64,000 bases of DNA from the human T2T-CHM13v2.0 reference genome, Homo sapiens. The stretch lies in assembly GCF_009914755.1 (NCBI RefSeq), contig NC_060935.1. One strand, 5' to 3'. Position 1 is the stretch's first letter, and the number at the start of each line of letters is the position of its first letter. The notes below the pieces were generated by a model. The model saw only the letters and a list, made by a program, of their open reading frames with translations, did no database searches and was not told the DNA's origin. Below are positions 12,591 through 25,430 of this stretch, in pieces. The translations under genes and the position numbers were made by a program.

Positions 12591-13227
12591 ATTAGACTAC
12601 CCTCTCTCCTATATACTCTTATAGTGTTATTCTTCACTCTGAATTATTTTTATTTATTCATGTTACTCTGAGAGCAGGGATGATGTTTTACTCATTTTTG
12701 CATCCCTCCCAAGTCCGACAGTGCCAAACACAAAATTATATCAGATTATAGATGACTTACAATATTCCAGTAACTATTTCAAGAAAATCACATGGATTAA
12801 ATCATTCAGTTCTCTCAATGATGCTATAATGTAGGCACTAAAATTTGCCCCATTTTGTGGATAAGAAAATTGGGACACACCAAAGTTAATCAACTGGTCC
12901 AGTCAGTTAAATAACTAATAAGTGGTGGCCCTGGGCACTCTGGGTTCAGAGTTTTTCCTTTTAAACCATATATTACTCTGCAGAGGCAAGCAAGTTATTT
13001 CACCAAAGTTTAGATTATTTGATAAGTATTAAAGAAGGGGTTTTTTTAAATGAAAAATCCTGATTTCTACACTTGTCAAATGATTACCCTCCCTCTAGAT
13101 CAACCCTCCTTCAGTACATCATAACTCATCACAAACTTAGTTTTCTGAAATGAAAATGTCATGATATTTTCCTTTTATAAAATCCTTGAATGGTTCCTCA
13201 CTGCATTTTGTCTAAAAATCCATACTT

Positions 13228-13538
13228 CTTTTTTTTTTTTTTTTTTTTTTTTTGAGACGGAGTCTCGCTCTGTTGTCCAGGCTGGAGTACAGTGGCGTGA
13301 TCTCGGCTCACTGCAACCCTCCACCTCCCAGGTTCACTCCATTCTCCTGCCTCAGCCTCCTGAGCAGCTGGGACTACAGGCACCCACCACCATGCTTGGC
13401 TAATTTCTTGTTGTATTTTTAGTAGAGACGGGGTTTCACTGTGTTAGCCAGCATGGTCTTGATCTCCTGACCTCGTGATCCGCCCACCTCAGCCTCCCAA
13501 AGTGCTGGAATTACAGGCATCAGCCACTGCGCCCGGCC
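13228..13538 (-). mobile_element. Full-length Alu (AluY-like)
   Basis: poly(T) then Alu reverse; TSD AAATCCATACTT at 13216-13227 and 13539-13550. Confidence 0.97.
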
Positions 13539-14483
13539 AAATCCATACTTATTAGCTTTTCATGCAAAGTCGTTTGTCTAATGGTCTGCACCTTTTCTAC
13601 TTTACGAGGACTTCAATTTGGTGCTACTCTGCTACTGAGTCTGCTCTCCAGCAGTTACCAAACTGCTTGTAGTTCCCCAGGTCAAACTACTTTCTATACC
13701 TCTACTCTTTCTCACAAGTGTACTTTATGCCTAGACACAACCCTAGTCCTCTCAGCTCCTGCCCAGAATCAGTCCCAATATTTCTATTCCAGGAAGACTT
13801 ACTTGACCATGCCCCAAGGCCTCAGGTTCAGCTTATTTGTTCTCCTTGCATATTGAGTGAGTCTATCACCCACACATCGCATGACTAATTCACCTCCATG
13901 TTCTCAAAAGCTAGCACAGCATTGTGTGGCACATAGCAAGGGCTTAGTACAAGTGTAGGTGGAGGATCCCACTTCACAAATGGTGTGGAAACAATGGCTG
14001 CTAACTGTGGCTTCAACTCATGCCCCTGCATACCCAGAGAAGCAAAAAATCTCATCTCTCCCAAGGCAGCATTCCTCTCCCTTTAGTGTCCCAGATTATC
14101 CCATCTTAAAAAGACCAGTTAAGTTTTCTTTTGCCTGCCTTACAGAGCCACAGCTCAGCGGTACCTCCTTGTGACTAGCACATCCCAAAACTATAGAAAA
14201 TTGTTTGGGAAAGAGCCATCAGCCTATCGCTCTGAGCGGCCTGTCTCATCTGAAGCAATGAAATTGAGGCCATATCTCCCACCTTAGACCCTGCTACTTA
14301 TTCGCCTCTCTGCCGAGAATGCAGATGTTCTTCAAAGTATGAAAAAAAAATTTCTTCCCTTGTGATACTCAGGCAAGTCTGATCCACACCAAAACTGGCC
14401 CAGTTTCTAGTATCCCGACTCTTGAACAGTCTTCTCTATCCATGTCTAAGAGCACAAATTTGCCATTAAAAAGTGAAGAAAGA

Positions 14484-14805
14484 GGCCCGGTACAGTGGCT
14501 CATGCCTGTAATCCCAGCATTTTGGGAGACTAAGGCAGGCAGACCACTTGAGGTCAGGAGTTAGAGACCAGCCTGGCCAACATGGTGAAACCTGCCTCTA
14601 CTAAAAAAACAAAAAATTAGCTGAGTGTGGTGTTGTTCGCCTGTAATCCCAGCTACTTGGGAGGCTCAGGCAGGAGAATTGCTTGAATCTGAAAGGCGGA
14701 TGTTGCCGTGAGCCAATCGCGCCACTGCACTCCAGGCTGGGTGACAGAGGAAGACATCTGTCTAAAAAAAAAAAAAAAAAAAAAAACACGAACAACAACA
14801 ACAAA
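14484..14805 (+). mobile_element. Full-length Alu (AluS)
   Basis: ggcccggtacagtggctcatgcctgtaatcccagc... poly(A)/(AAC)n tail. Confidence 0.97.
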
Positions 14806-14981
14806 ATAGACAGCTTTACACGGATCACTCCTCAGAAGCTGAACAGCTTAACACAGTTGTCTTCCATTAGTCAACTTCAAATGCCTGACTCAAGTATTAA
14901 TGCTATGCTAGATTTGGGAGACCTGGAACATAGAATCATAAAAGTGTGTGTATGGTAAGAACATTTAAGATCTATTCCCTT

Positions 14982-15282
14982 GGCCAGGAATGGTGCTCAT
15001 GCCTGTAATCCCAGCACTTTGGGAGGCTGAAGTGTGTGGATCACTTGAGGTCAGGAGTTCAAGACCAGCCTGCCCAACATGGTGAAACCTCATCTCTACT
15101 AAAAATACAGAACAAATCAGCTGGGTGTGTTGGCACATGCTTGTAATCCTAGCTACTTGGGAGGCTGAGGTGGGAAGATTGTTAGATCCTGGGAGGCGGA
15201 GGTTGCAGTGAGTGGAGATTGCACCACTGCACTCCAGCCTGGGTGACAGAGTGAGTAAGACTCTGCTTTAAAAAACAAAAAA
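14982..15282 (+). mobile_element. Full-length Alu (AluS/J)
   Basis: ggccaggaatggtgctcatgcctgtaatcccagc...ctgggtgacagagtgag, A-rich tail. Confidence 0.96.
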
Positions 15283-15767
15283 GGCAAGCCAAGATAGGGA
15301 AGACCAGGAGTATGATTTTGTCAAAGACATGGACTTACTCTTCCCACTTCTCTTTGAATAGATTCAGTGCAGGAGCCACTTTACTTGCCCACATTCATTC
15401 ATCTTGTGTCATGATTTTATAGTAGAAGACTTGGGGCCAATTCCTGTCCCAGATATTTGGTCAGTATTATCTTGGTCCACCCCAAGAGGTTCCAGTAACT
15501 TCTCTTCTTAAAGATTTAAGATCTCCATTCTTTCTCTTAAATCCTTATGCAGATGGGTTCATGTATCTTAAATAACCTTCACCACATAGCAATAGTTTTT
15601 CTGCCTCACACACAAATATATTTTTTTTAAGAAAGGGAAAAATCCAACAGATCCAAGCAGTGAACCCTACAGAAAAAGGGAGTCAGATGGACAGAAAGAA
15701 CACCAATAAAAACCTCTCCAGCCACTCACGTACCCACTGCACATCCAAGAAAGGCTTCTTTGCCCCA

Positions 15768-16190
15768 TTCTATGGTTTGAATGTTCCTTACAACACTCAT
15801 ACTGCAACTTAATCCCCAATGTGGCAGGATTGACAGGTGGAACCTTTAAGAGGTAATTGGATCATGAGGACTTTGCCCTCAGGAATTTATTAATCCATTC
15901 ATGGATTGATGGATTTATGCATAATCGTGAGAGGAGAACTGGTGGCCATATGGGAAGAGGAAGAGACCTGAGCTAGCACATTAGCAGGGTCAACCTCCGT
16001 CACCATAAGATACCCAGTGCCACTTTAGGACTCTGCAGAGAGTCCTCACCAGCAAGCAGGCTCTCACCAAATGCAGCCCCTAAACCAGAGACTTCTCAGA
16101 CTCAAAAACTGTACGAAATAAATTCCCTTCTTAAAATAAATTACCTAGTTTCAGATATTCTGTCATAAGCAACAGAAAATGGACTAAGAC
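15768..16190 (+). mobile_element. MaLR solo LTR (MSTD-like)
   Basis: ctatggtttgaatgt...gaggaagagacctgagctagcac...agcaacagaaaatggactaagaca. Confidence 0.88.
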
Positions 16191-17179
16191 ACCATAACCA
16201 AATCTCTCCAGGAGAATAAGAGTTGATCCAGGCTTCCATCCTCTGAGTCTAGCCAGCCTTAACAGTATTGAGCCAAAGGTGTTCTCTCTGAGTTCTCATA
16301 GCCCATTTATTGTTTCATTTTAGTGACTCATTGACATTTCTATTTCTTATTAATCAGCTTTAACATATTTTACAAATTGTCCTGGTAGCACAATTGCCAA
16401 TCCTCTGGATTTATAGAACTCATCTCACTTCCTAAATATCATATTTGGCAGAACATGTGTCATTTTCTATAAATATTGAATAATCAATAATTGCTGCCAG
16501 AAATCCTGTATTTGTTCAAATCCCAGGCAAGATAAATGATGAAAAGAAATACCTTTCTCTTTTAAAATTCAGAACTAAGGCAGATCTGATTGTTTTTTCT
16601 TTTGATGTTTCTACAATGTGCCTTGCTTCAATAATCACAGACCCAGGCTTCCTCCTTTATTCTTCCTTCTGCTACATTTTTATTATTTTACATCTATCTC
16701 TAAGTGAACATTTGGATTTAGCACACCATCCTCATCATGCAGAGGTGAGAGACACAAGCCTATATAGAATTGAGTTGGGAAAAAGAGTGGAGTCAAGTGA
16801 TATAGTTCTCCTACAGTGATGCCTTCACAAAGTTTTAACATGATACATAGTGTGACAATTTTCAATCTGGTAGTCTCTAATTTTTTAACATGGACTAACA
16901 AGAGTACAAAATTTTGAGCTTCTCTCTCTCTTCTGTGTGTCTGTGTGTGTGTGTTTGTGTGTATTTTATACACACACACACGTTACATGCATTCACTAAA
17001 TACCCTCACCATACACAGTAAATATTATACAAGTTTATTCTCAAAATACTTTAGAAAGAAAATTAGATATAATACAAGCCAAAATATATTTTTTTGTTTT
17101 CCCAATTGCTTTTCTTGCATACCACTTGCTGAACAACACACTTTGAGGACTATTAGTTTAAATCTTCTTTTGTAAAAAG

Positions 17180-17395
17180 CAAGAAACTTTTTCTATAAAT
17201 GGCCAGATCATAAGCATTTTAGATTTGCGGGTTATATAGTCTTTATCATATTTAATCAACTCTCCCATTGTAACATGAAAGCATAGACAGTATATAAATG
17301 AGCAAGTCTGATTGTGTTCCAATAAAACTTTACATACAAAAAACAGGAAGCAGGCCAGATATGACTGCTGGCTGGCCACAATTTGCAGATCCCTG
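17180..17395. mobile_element. MER58A-like hAT-Charlie MITE
   Basis: aaacttttttctataaatggccagat...tgtgttccaataaaacttta...tttgcagatccctg. Confidence 0.82.
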
Positions 17396-18814
17396 GTTTA
17401 GAAGATGATGAAAAGATGCTCAAAGAAGTAGTACAAAGGCAATCCCTTGAGAGCTGTAGAAAAACTAGTTAAAGCTGCCATTTTTTCCTGTTTATTCTCC
17501 TCAAAACGAACCTTAAAATGCCCTTTTCTTTCCCAAACCCTAAACCTGTTGCCCCTAATTTAGAATTTGCATCTGAAAAAGAGAGAATGAGACCAATGCA
17601 CCTCCATACAAACAGCAGAAAAAGGATCCTAACATCGTTTAAGTGCCTGAATTCAGCTATCTCTACAATCAATAAAATTATAGATGTGCTTTCTAAAGCC
17701 CCTACATTCCCTCTCAGTTTTCCTTAGTTTTGTTTAAATTTTTGTCACTTGTAGCCAATGATGAATGATATATCTCATTAATAATGCATTTTTTATTTAA
17801 TCCTAAGACAACTCTATGAGAGAAATTCTTTTTCATTTTAGTGTGCAGAGAAGCAAGTTGACAAAGTGCATACTTCTTGGAGGCAGTAGGGCCAGGTTGT
17901 GGGTTCTGATGGGACTGACCCCAGATATGCAATAAGTTCAGCTGGCCCTGTGATACTTGACAGTTTCTCCTGCAAACCCATAAATCTGGGTACAGCCCTC
18001 ACAAAAGAATAAATACACAGAATCAGTTCCAGAAGCTACCACTTGTGTCACTGAGTTAAATTCCTATTTAACTAAGAGGAAATGGGTATCGACCACAGTT
18101 GGCTTGATTGCAAATGTCAGGCTCTTTGAATTATTAGGAACAGCAATGAAAAATTGATTATATTTAAAACATCCTGTGAAAAGTTTTACAATTGCACATT
18201 AAGAAACGGTGTTAAGTAAATAAGAACTAATTGTTCTCAGATGCAGTGGTAATAGCCCTGTCTACCTTCCTAGTACAATGCATATTCATTTCATTTGAAC
18301 AGGAAAAGTAAATAAAAAGTCCCAGGTCTCATTCACATTCAATCACTGTAATTCTAAGCCTAAGGTTATCCTCCCAAGGGAGGAAACCAAGGCAGCAATG
18401 AATGCGTTACCCATTAGTTCAAACTGTCCAGAAATCTCTACCAGACTATTACTATGCCTAGATCAAAAAAAAAAAAAAAAAAAATCACAGGGAAAGTATA
18501 CCACACACCATGCAATAGATGTGCATCCAAAAGTCTGAGTATGAATTTGAAGGGGGAATTGAACTATTGTAAGGTCCTTACCCTATTTTAAGGGTTGGAA
18601 GACAAACCAAAGAATGTCAAACTAAATATACTCTCTGCCTTTACCTGCCTTAACATCAATTGGCACCAATTTGACTCAGAGTACTGTTCAGAACAAAAGC
18701 TAACCTAATCCTATCAGCTTCCCCACCTCATATTTCATAAGGAGTCAGAATAGAGTGTGCTGGTCAGTTCCCCACATCTACTCTCCTCTTCGTACTGTGA
18801 TTCCTCTCCTCTTG

Positions 18815-20300
18815 TGTCAGTCAAAATAGGCTAGATTATGCTGCAGTGATGAACCATGACAAATGTTCAGTAACTTAGAATCACAAAGATTTCTTTTTCA
18901 TTCAGGCAAAATGTCCATCATGGGGTCTACATATAGGATGAGTAACTTTGCCTTGAACTTTCCCAGTTTTTGCATGGTAAGTCTCAGCAACCTAGGTCAG
19001 TTGTTCATGTTATCCATCAGAGCGCTGAGTCCCACACTGTACCACATCACTGGGCAGCATATGTTTAGTTGGACCTTTACTTTAAGTTAACCCAATCTAC
19101 ATGGGTATGATTCCCATAGTCTTATTTGATTCTTGCCCCAATACAGTTTTAATTGTTCATTTCTGTTCCCATTTTCTCAATCATGTGTTTATCTATTTGT
19201 AGATGGGAAGTAGTATACTATTCCAACCTTGAAGTACTTTTTATTTTGTAATTTTATTTCCTTTCATTCCTTTCAGGCCTGCCTTTTTCTCTTAAATATA
19301 ACCATCTGCATCCAACACAAAATACCAATACTTGGTTTTCTGATTTTTTACCTTAGACCTACATACTCCTCAGTACATGGTCTGCCTCCCAAGCCACCTC
19401 ACGTGACAATTCTATTGAATACTTTGGCACAGAATAACATGGATTGTTACTTTTCCAGCCTTTGAGGCAGTTTCTTACTACTTGCCACACAGTCTCTAAG
19501 CAAATGCCACATATTTTATATCTTTTTTATGGCAGTACCATTTCAAAGCACTAATTTCTATATCATTCAGGACAAGCTAAGTTATGCTGAGGTAACAAGT
19601 AAGCCCAAAACTTCTGTGGCCTAAAGAAAAATAAAGGTTTCATGTCTGCTCCCATTTCATGCCTATCATAGGTCAGCAGGGGGCCCTGGTCTAGGACCTC
19701 AGGTTGATGTTCATTATTTAAAATGTTACCAGTTACCAAAATAAAAGAAAAATAAGTAGGGCAAATTCTGTATTAACTAATTTTTTTTTTTTGAGACAGA
19801 GTTTCACTCTGTCATCCAGGCTAGAGTGCAGTAGCATGATCTTGGCTCACTGCACACTCCACCACATGGGCTCACAGGATCCTACCACCTCAGCCTGCTA
19901 AGTAGCTGGAGCTACAGGTGCACACAACCATGCCTGGCTATTGTTTTGTGTTATTAGTAGAGATGGGGTTTCCCCATGTTTCTCAGATTGTTCTTTAACT
20001 CCTGGACTCAAGCGATTTATCTGCCTCCCAAAATGCTAGTACAGTGGCTACAGGCATGAGTCACGGCACCTGGTCTCCCAGCTACAGGCATCAGCCATTG
20101 CACCATTGCACCTGGCCACTGAATTAATGTATAAAGCACCCATCTAGAACTGACACATATCATCACTTCTGCTTACTTTCATATTGGTCAGAGAAAGCCA
20201 CATGGCCCCCTTAAATCCCAGAAACATGAAGGTACAGTCATGTCATGTGTCCTGGAGGAGAGGGAGCTGGAATGTTTGTGGGCAGTCCTAATGACTACCA
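18815..20300 (-). mobile_element. Degenerate MLT1 (MaLR) LTR pieces with adjacent internal remnant, interrupted by an Alu
   Basis: two LTR-end motifs (aggctagattatgctgcagt ~18830; aagctaagttatgctgaggtaaca ~19575); catcacttctgcttactttcatattggtcagag. Confidence 0.6.
19781..20117 (-). mobile_element. Alu (AluJ-like) with duplicated 5' terminus
   Basis: poly(T)+gagacagagtttcactctgtc...; flanks ctgtattaa / ctgaattaa. Confidence 0.93.
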
Positions 20301-20376
20301 GCTCCATTCCACCCCAAGCTCAATTTCCATTCTGACATTCCTAATGCACCCTCTAAAACTCTTTTTCAATTTCTAA

Positions 20377-20813
<437 letters not shown>

Positions 20814-21269
20814 TAACACACACACTCACTTTCTTCTCTTCTCAGGGTCAGCAGGTAGAGTCAGAATATTTTTTGTTCCATGATATCTTACCTACAGACC
20901 ATTACTCTTCCATTCTTGTGTTTAAAAAAAAGTATTAATTTGAGGTTCTTAAATGTTATGATATTCCTTCTATTTCTCTTTGTCAGTGGTCTTCATTCCC
21001 AGCTTCTCTGTTCACTGACTTTCTTAACTCTAGTGACCTTCATTTATTTTCTAATTCAACCCAATGGCCGCACTCTAGTCCTTATATTTACCTGAAAACT
21101 GTGCTCTTTACCTTTGAAATCTTAAGCTTCTACTTTCTGGCATGAACCTCCTGTTCTTTCATTCCTGATTGAGACCACCGGTATTGTCACTCTCACTTCC
21201 TTTTCCATTCAGTTGTCAGAGTAATTCGAATGCAAAATTGACTATCTCTCTCTTCAATAGCTTACTTGC

Positions 21270-21628
21270 TGATATGGTTTGGCTGTGTCCCAACCTAAAT
21301 CTCAAATTGAAGCTCCCCAAATTCCAATGTGTCCTAGGAGGGACCAGGTGGAAGGTAATTGAATCATGAGGGTGAGTCTTCCCCCATACTGTTCTCAAGG
21401 TAGTGAGTAAGTCTCCTGAGATCTGATGATTTTATAAGGGGTTTCCTCTTTCACTTGGTTCTCATTATCTCTTGTCTGCTGCCATGTAAGATATGCCTTT
21501 TGCCTTCCGCCATGATTGTGAGGCCTCCCAAGCTGTGTGGAACTGTGAGACCATTAAGTTTATTTTTCTTTATAAATTACCCAGTCTCAGGTATGTCTTT
21601 ATCAGCAGCATGAAAATAGCCTAATACA
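21270..21628 (+). mobile_element. THE1 solo LTR (THE1C/D-like)
   Basis: TG...CA ends (tgatatggtttggctgtgtcc...ctaataca) with 5-bp TSD CTTGC on both sides. Confidence 0.95.
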
Positions 21629-21662
21629 CTTGCCTGAAAGCCTTCAGAGGCTCTCTATAGCA

Positions 21663-21830
21663 CAGTGGCTCTAAAACTTGGCTATGCATTAGAGTAACTT
21701 GAGGAGCTTTCAAAAAATTCTGGTGCCAGGCCACATCCCAGATCAATTAATGAGAATTTTTTTTGAGTGTCAAGCACCAGTATTTTTTAAAGCTTCTAAG
21801 TGATTCCAATAGGCAGTCAAGGATGAGACA
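21663..21830. mobile_element. MER5-family hAT MITE
   Basis: cagtggctctaaaacttggctatgcattagagtaacttgaggagcttt...aagcttctaagtgattccaat. Confidence 0.75.
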
Positions 21831-22499
21831 CATCCTTGTGTCCAACCATGAAAGGTAAGGTAATTCATAAATTGGTAGGGTTTGTTTTCCAAATGTCTTC
21901 TAACCATTTGTATCAGAGTAATCAATGTTGCTTATTTTCCTGAGCTTCACCCCAGGATATTGGATTATACTGTCTCTAAGTACATTCAAAAAATCTGATT
22001 TTAACTAACTCTCCAGGGTGATTCTACAGCACCCTGAAAGTTGACAATCACTTTCTGACTTGCACATTAACTTGGTTGCAAAGAAATATCACTTTTGATA
22101 TGTCCTGATGAATATAAATTATGGTTAGATAAACTCATCAGAAAGAAGTGTGACCCATCAAGATTGTGGGAAAAATGAAGCAAACTAGTAGAGAGATACC
22201 ATGAGAGATCATGAAGATCAAGATAAAAGAGATCAGCAGAGTCATTCCAGATTCTGGTGTCTCAAATACAGGATGTCCCTCCATGAACCCTCCCTTTTGT
22301 TAAAATAGCCAATGTGTCTATGTTAATGTTGCAACAACAAAATACCTAAGATTGGGTAATGTCTATAGAACACAAATTTATTTCTGACAGTCCTGGACGC
22401 TGAGAAGTCCTAGATCAAATTGCTAGCAGGTTCAGTGTCTAGTGAGGGCTACTTCATTGATGTCATCTTCCTGTGGCATCTCACATGGCTGAAGGTGGA

Positions 22500-22625
22500 G
22501 GTACTGGACTTAGTACCTGGGTGACAAAATAATCATTGGGGTACAACAAACCCCAGTGTCATGAGTTTACCTATAAAACAAACCTGCACATGTACCCCTG
22601 TACCTAAAATAAAAGTTTTAAAAAA
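22500..22625 (+). mobile_element. Short L1PA 3' terminus
   Basis: tacctgggtgacaaaataat...aacctgcacatgtacccctg..aaaataaaagttttaaaaaa. Confidence 0.85.
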
Positions 22626-24145
22626 CCACAAAAATCAGTAGTATTTCTATATGCCAACAGGGAACAATCTGAAAAAGAAATCAAGAAAGTAATACCATTT
22701 ATAATAGCTATAAACACAATACCTAAGAATTAACTTCACCAAAGAGGTGAAAGCTCTCTACAATGAAAACTGTAAAGCATTGTTGAAATAAATTGAAAAG
22801 CACACAAAACAATGGAAAGATATTCCATGTTCATGGATTGGAAGAATCACATTGTTAAAATGTCCATACTACCCAAAGCAATCTACAGACTCAATGCAAT
22901 GTCTATCAAAATACCAATGACTTTCTTTACAGAAATAGAAAAAGAATCATAACATTTATGTGGAACAAAAAAAGAACTAGTATAGCCAAAGCTATCCTGA
23001 GCAAAAAGAACAAAACTGGAGGAATCACATTATCTAACTTCAAATTATGCTACAGAGCTATAGTAACCAAATCAGCATGGTTTTGGCATAAAAACAGACA
23101 TACAGACCTGCAGAACAGGAGAGAGAAGCCAGAAACAAACCCATACATCTATAGTGAACTCATTTTTGACAAAGGTGCCAGAAACATACATTGGAGAAAG
23201 GACAGCCTCTTCAATAAATGGTCCTGGGGAAACTAGATATCCACAGAAGAATAAAGCTAGATCCCCTATCTCTTGCCATATAAAAAAAACAAATCAAAAT
23301 GGATTAAAAACTTAAATCTAAGACCTCAACCTATGAGACTACTACAAGAAAACATTGGGCAAAATCTTCAGGACATTGGAGTGTACAAAGGTTTCTTGAG
23401 TAGTACCCCATAAACACAAGCAACCAAAGCAAAAATGGATGAATGGGATCATATCAAGTTAAAAGCCTTCTGCACAGCAAAGGCTTTCTTTTGGATATAC
23501 CCAAAAGAAAGGAAATCAGTATGTCAAAGAGATATCTGCACTCCCACATTTATTGCAGGACCATTCACAACAGCCAAGATTTGGAAGCAACTTAAATGTC
23601 CATCAACAGATGAATAGACACAGAAAATGTGGTCACATACACAATGGAGTACTACTCAGCCATAAAAAAGAGAATGAGATCCTGTCATTTGCAATAACAT
23701 TGATGGAACTGGAGGTTATTCTGTTGAGTGAAATCAGCCAGGCACAGAAAGACAAACTTTGCATGTTCTCACTTATTTGTGGTAGCTAAAAATTAAAACA
23801 ATTGAACTCATGGAAATAGAGAATAAAATGATGGTTACCAGAGGCTCGAAAGGGCAGTGGGGAGATAGGCAGGAAGTGGAGATGGTTAATGGGTAAAAAA
23901 CAAAATAGAAAAAAATGAATAATATCAGTATTTGAAAGCCTGAAAGGGTGACTATAGTAAAAAAAAAAAAATAATTTAATTGTACATTTTAATATAACTA
24001 AAAGTATATTTGGATTGTTTATAACACAAAACACAAATGCTTGAGGTAATGAATACTTCATTTACCCTGATATGGCTATTATGCATTGTATGCCTGTAGC
24101 TAGTCATGTACCCCATAAATATATACCCACAAAATTTAAGAATAT
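22626..24145 (+). mobile_element. 5'-truncated L1MA (L1MA2/3-like) with an internal deletion near 23485
   Basis: ORFs 22958-23236 and 23435-23617 are L1 ORF2p; the latter jumps from FCTAK to IYPKE; L1MA-type 3'UTR. Confidence 0.93.
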
Positions 24146-24719
24146 GTTTAAGAGATGAACTCTGTGTCCTCACATGGCAGAAGAGCGTAAGAGAGCAAAC
24201 CAGTCCCATAAGTTCTTTTTATAAAGGCCTTAATGTGTTCATGAGGGTAGAACCCTCATAATTTAGTCAACTCTCACAAAAGCCCACCTCTGAACACCAC
24301 AATAATGGGGATTAAGTTTCAACCTGAACTTTGGAGGGGACACCATCACTCAAACCATAGCTGTAAATCTATTCCTTGAGTCCAGATCACAAATTACCAA
24401 ATGAACACGTTCTCCATTTTTAGTACTTTTTTACCTGTAACCCTCTGTCTACCTAAGATGAATATTTATTCATTGAATGAATCATTTAATTTTGGTGCCC
24501 CAAAATTCTCAGTGAAACAATTTCTGGATACCTCTCCATCACTAAGATAATCACTATAGCAGTGTCATATTCTTCAACTTAGCACAAATCTAAAGTCTCC
24601 ATTTATCCCTACTAGAAGTGTTCTGTTGTCTTTTCACTCTCAAAATATCCTCCATGCGCCAACCAAATACTAAAGGGCACCACATATCTTGCTCAATGAA
24701 GCCAAATCACTTCTCACCC

Positions 24720-24914
24720 AGTGGTGCCTACAACCCAGTTAATAAAAGTCAGTTGTTAAATATTCAGAAATTTTGCAAACTTGTTTTCAAACAATTGTTA
24801 ACTTGAAATCAGCCACTGTAGGAGTATTTATACCATTGAAGTTGGTAAATGCCACAAATCAAAGTCTTTTGGGGGGCTGGAGAGGATAAAACCAGTTTAT
24901 CAGTAAAAACACTG
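24720..24914. mobile_element. MER63-like hAT MITE
   Basis: cagtg...cactg ends; ttgttaaatattcagaaattttgc; ggagtatttatacca. Confidence 0.65.
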
Positions 24915-24970
24915 CCACCACATAAATTCTTATTTATGTAGTCATTTAGAGCTTACTTAATCATTTAGGT

Positions 24971-25054
24971 TTCATAATGTTATTAGGAATTCAAATGTAA
25001 TAATGAAGTCTTTCAAGTTCATTATTACATTTGAATTCCTAATAACATTATGAA
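24971..25054. repeat. Perfect inverted repeat: 37-bp arms, 10-bp spacer
   Basis: ttcataatgttattaggaattcaaatgtaataatgaa-gtctttcaag-ttcattattacatttgaattcctaataacattatgaa. Confidence 0.98.
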
Positions 25055-25249
25055 GAAAGCATTGTTTTTACCATTTTACGTAATGAAAACTAAGCTTAAA
25101 GTGTAAACCTGGACTATAGTAACTGAGATTCTTTAAAAAGATGTGACTTCTAGTCCATGCCTTTTTCCAAAGCAGTATCTTATTTAATAAGGTTAATAAA
25201 TTCTAAATCTAAGGCAAAAAGTATAAATTATTTGCCTGAATCATTTATT

Positions 25250-25430
25250 CCTGTCTTTTATTCATCAGCAAATACTTATTAAGTGACTAGTGTTTGAGAA
25301 TCCATGCCAGGCACTGGGATTACAAAGATAAATAAGACAGTTTCTGTCCTCAAGGACCTCCCTGTCTATTGAAAAAGACAGACATCCTAACAGAAAAATC
25401 ACAATACAGAGTGATATAAAGAGCCCTGGG
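25250..25430 (-). mobile_element. LINE-2 3' end
   Basis: ttattcatcagcaaatacttattaag...ccaggcactggg...aagacagtttctgtcctcaagga. Confidence 0.8.

Larger units (their letters stand above)
22313..24361 (-). mobile_element. MaLR LTR (MST/MLT1A-like) split into 22313-22495 and ~24155-24361 by L1 insertions
   Basis: aatttatttctgacagtcctgg..gaagtcctagatcaa; resumes tgtgtcctcacatggcagaag...ggggattaagtttcaac...caaaccatagc. Confidence 0.85.

Noticed and set aside
24971-25054. MADE1 (Hsmar1 MITE), suggested by ~80-bp size and 37-bp arms
   Set aside because: Does not resemble the mariner TIR (ttaggttggtgcaaaag...); the arm is MIR-like.
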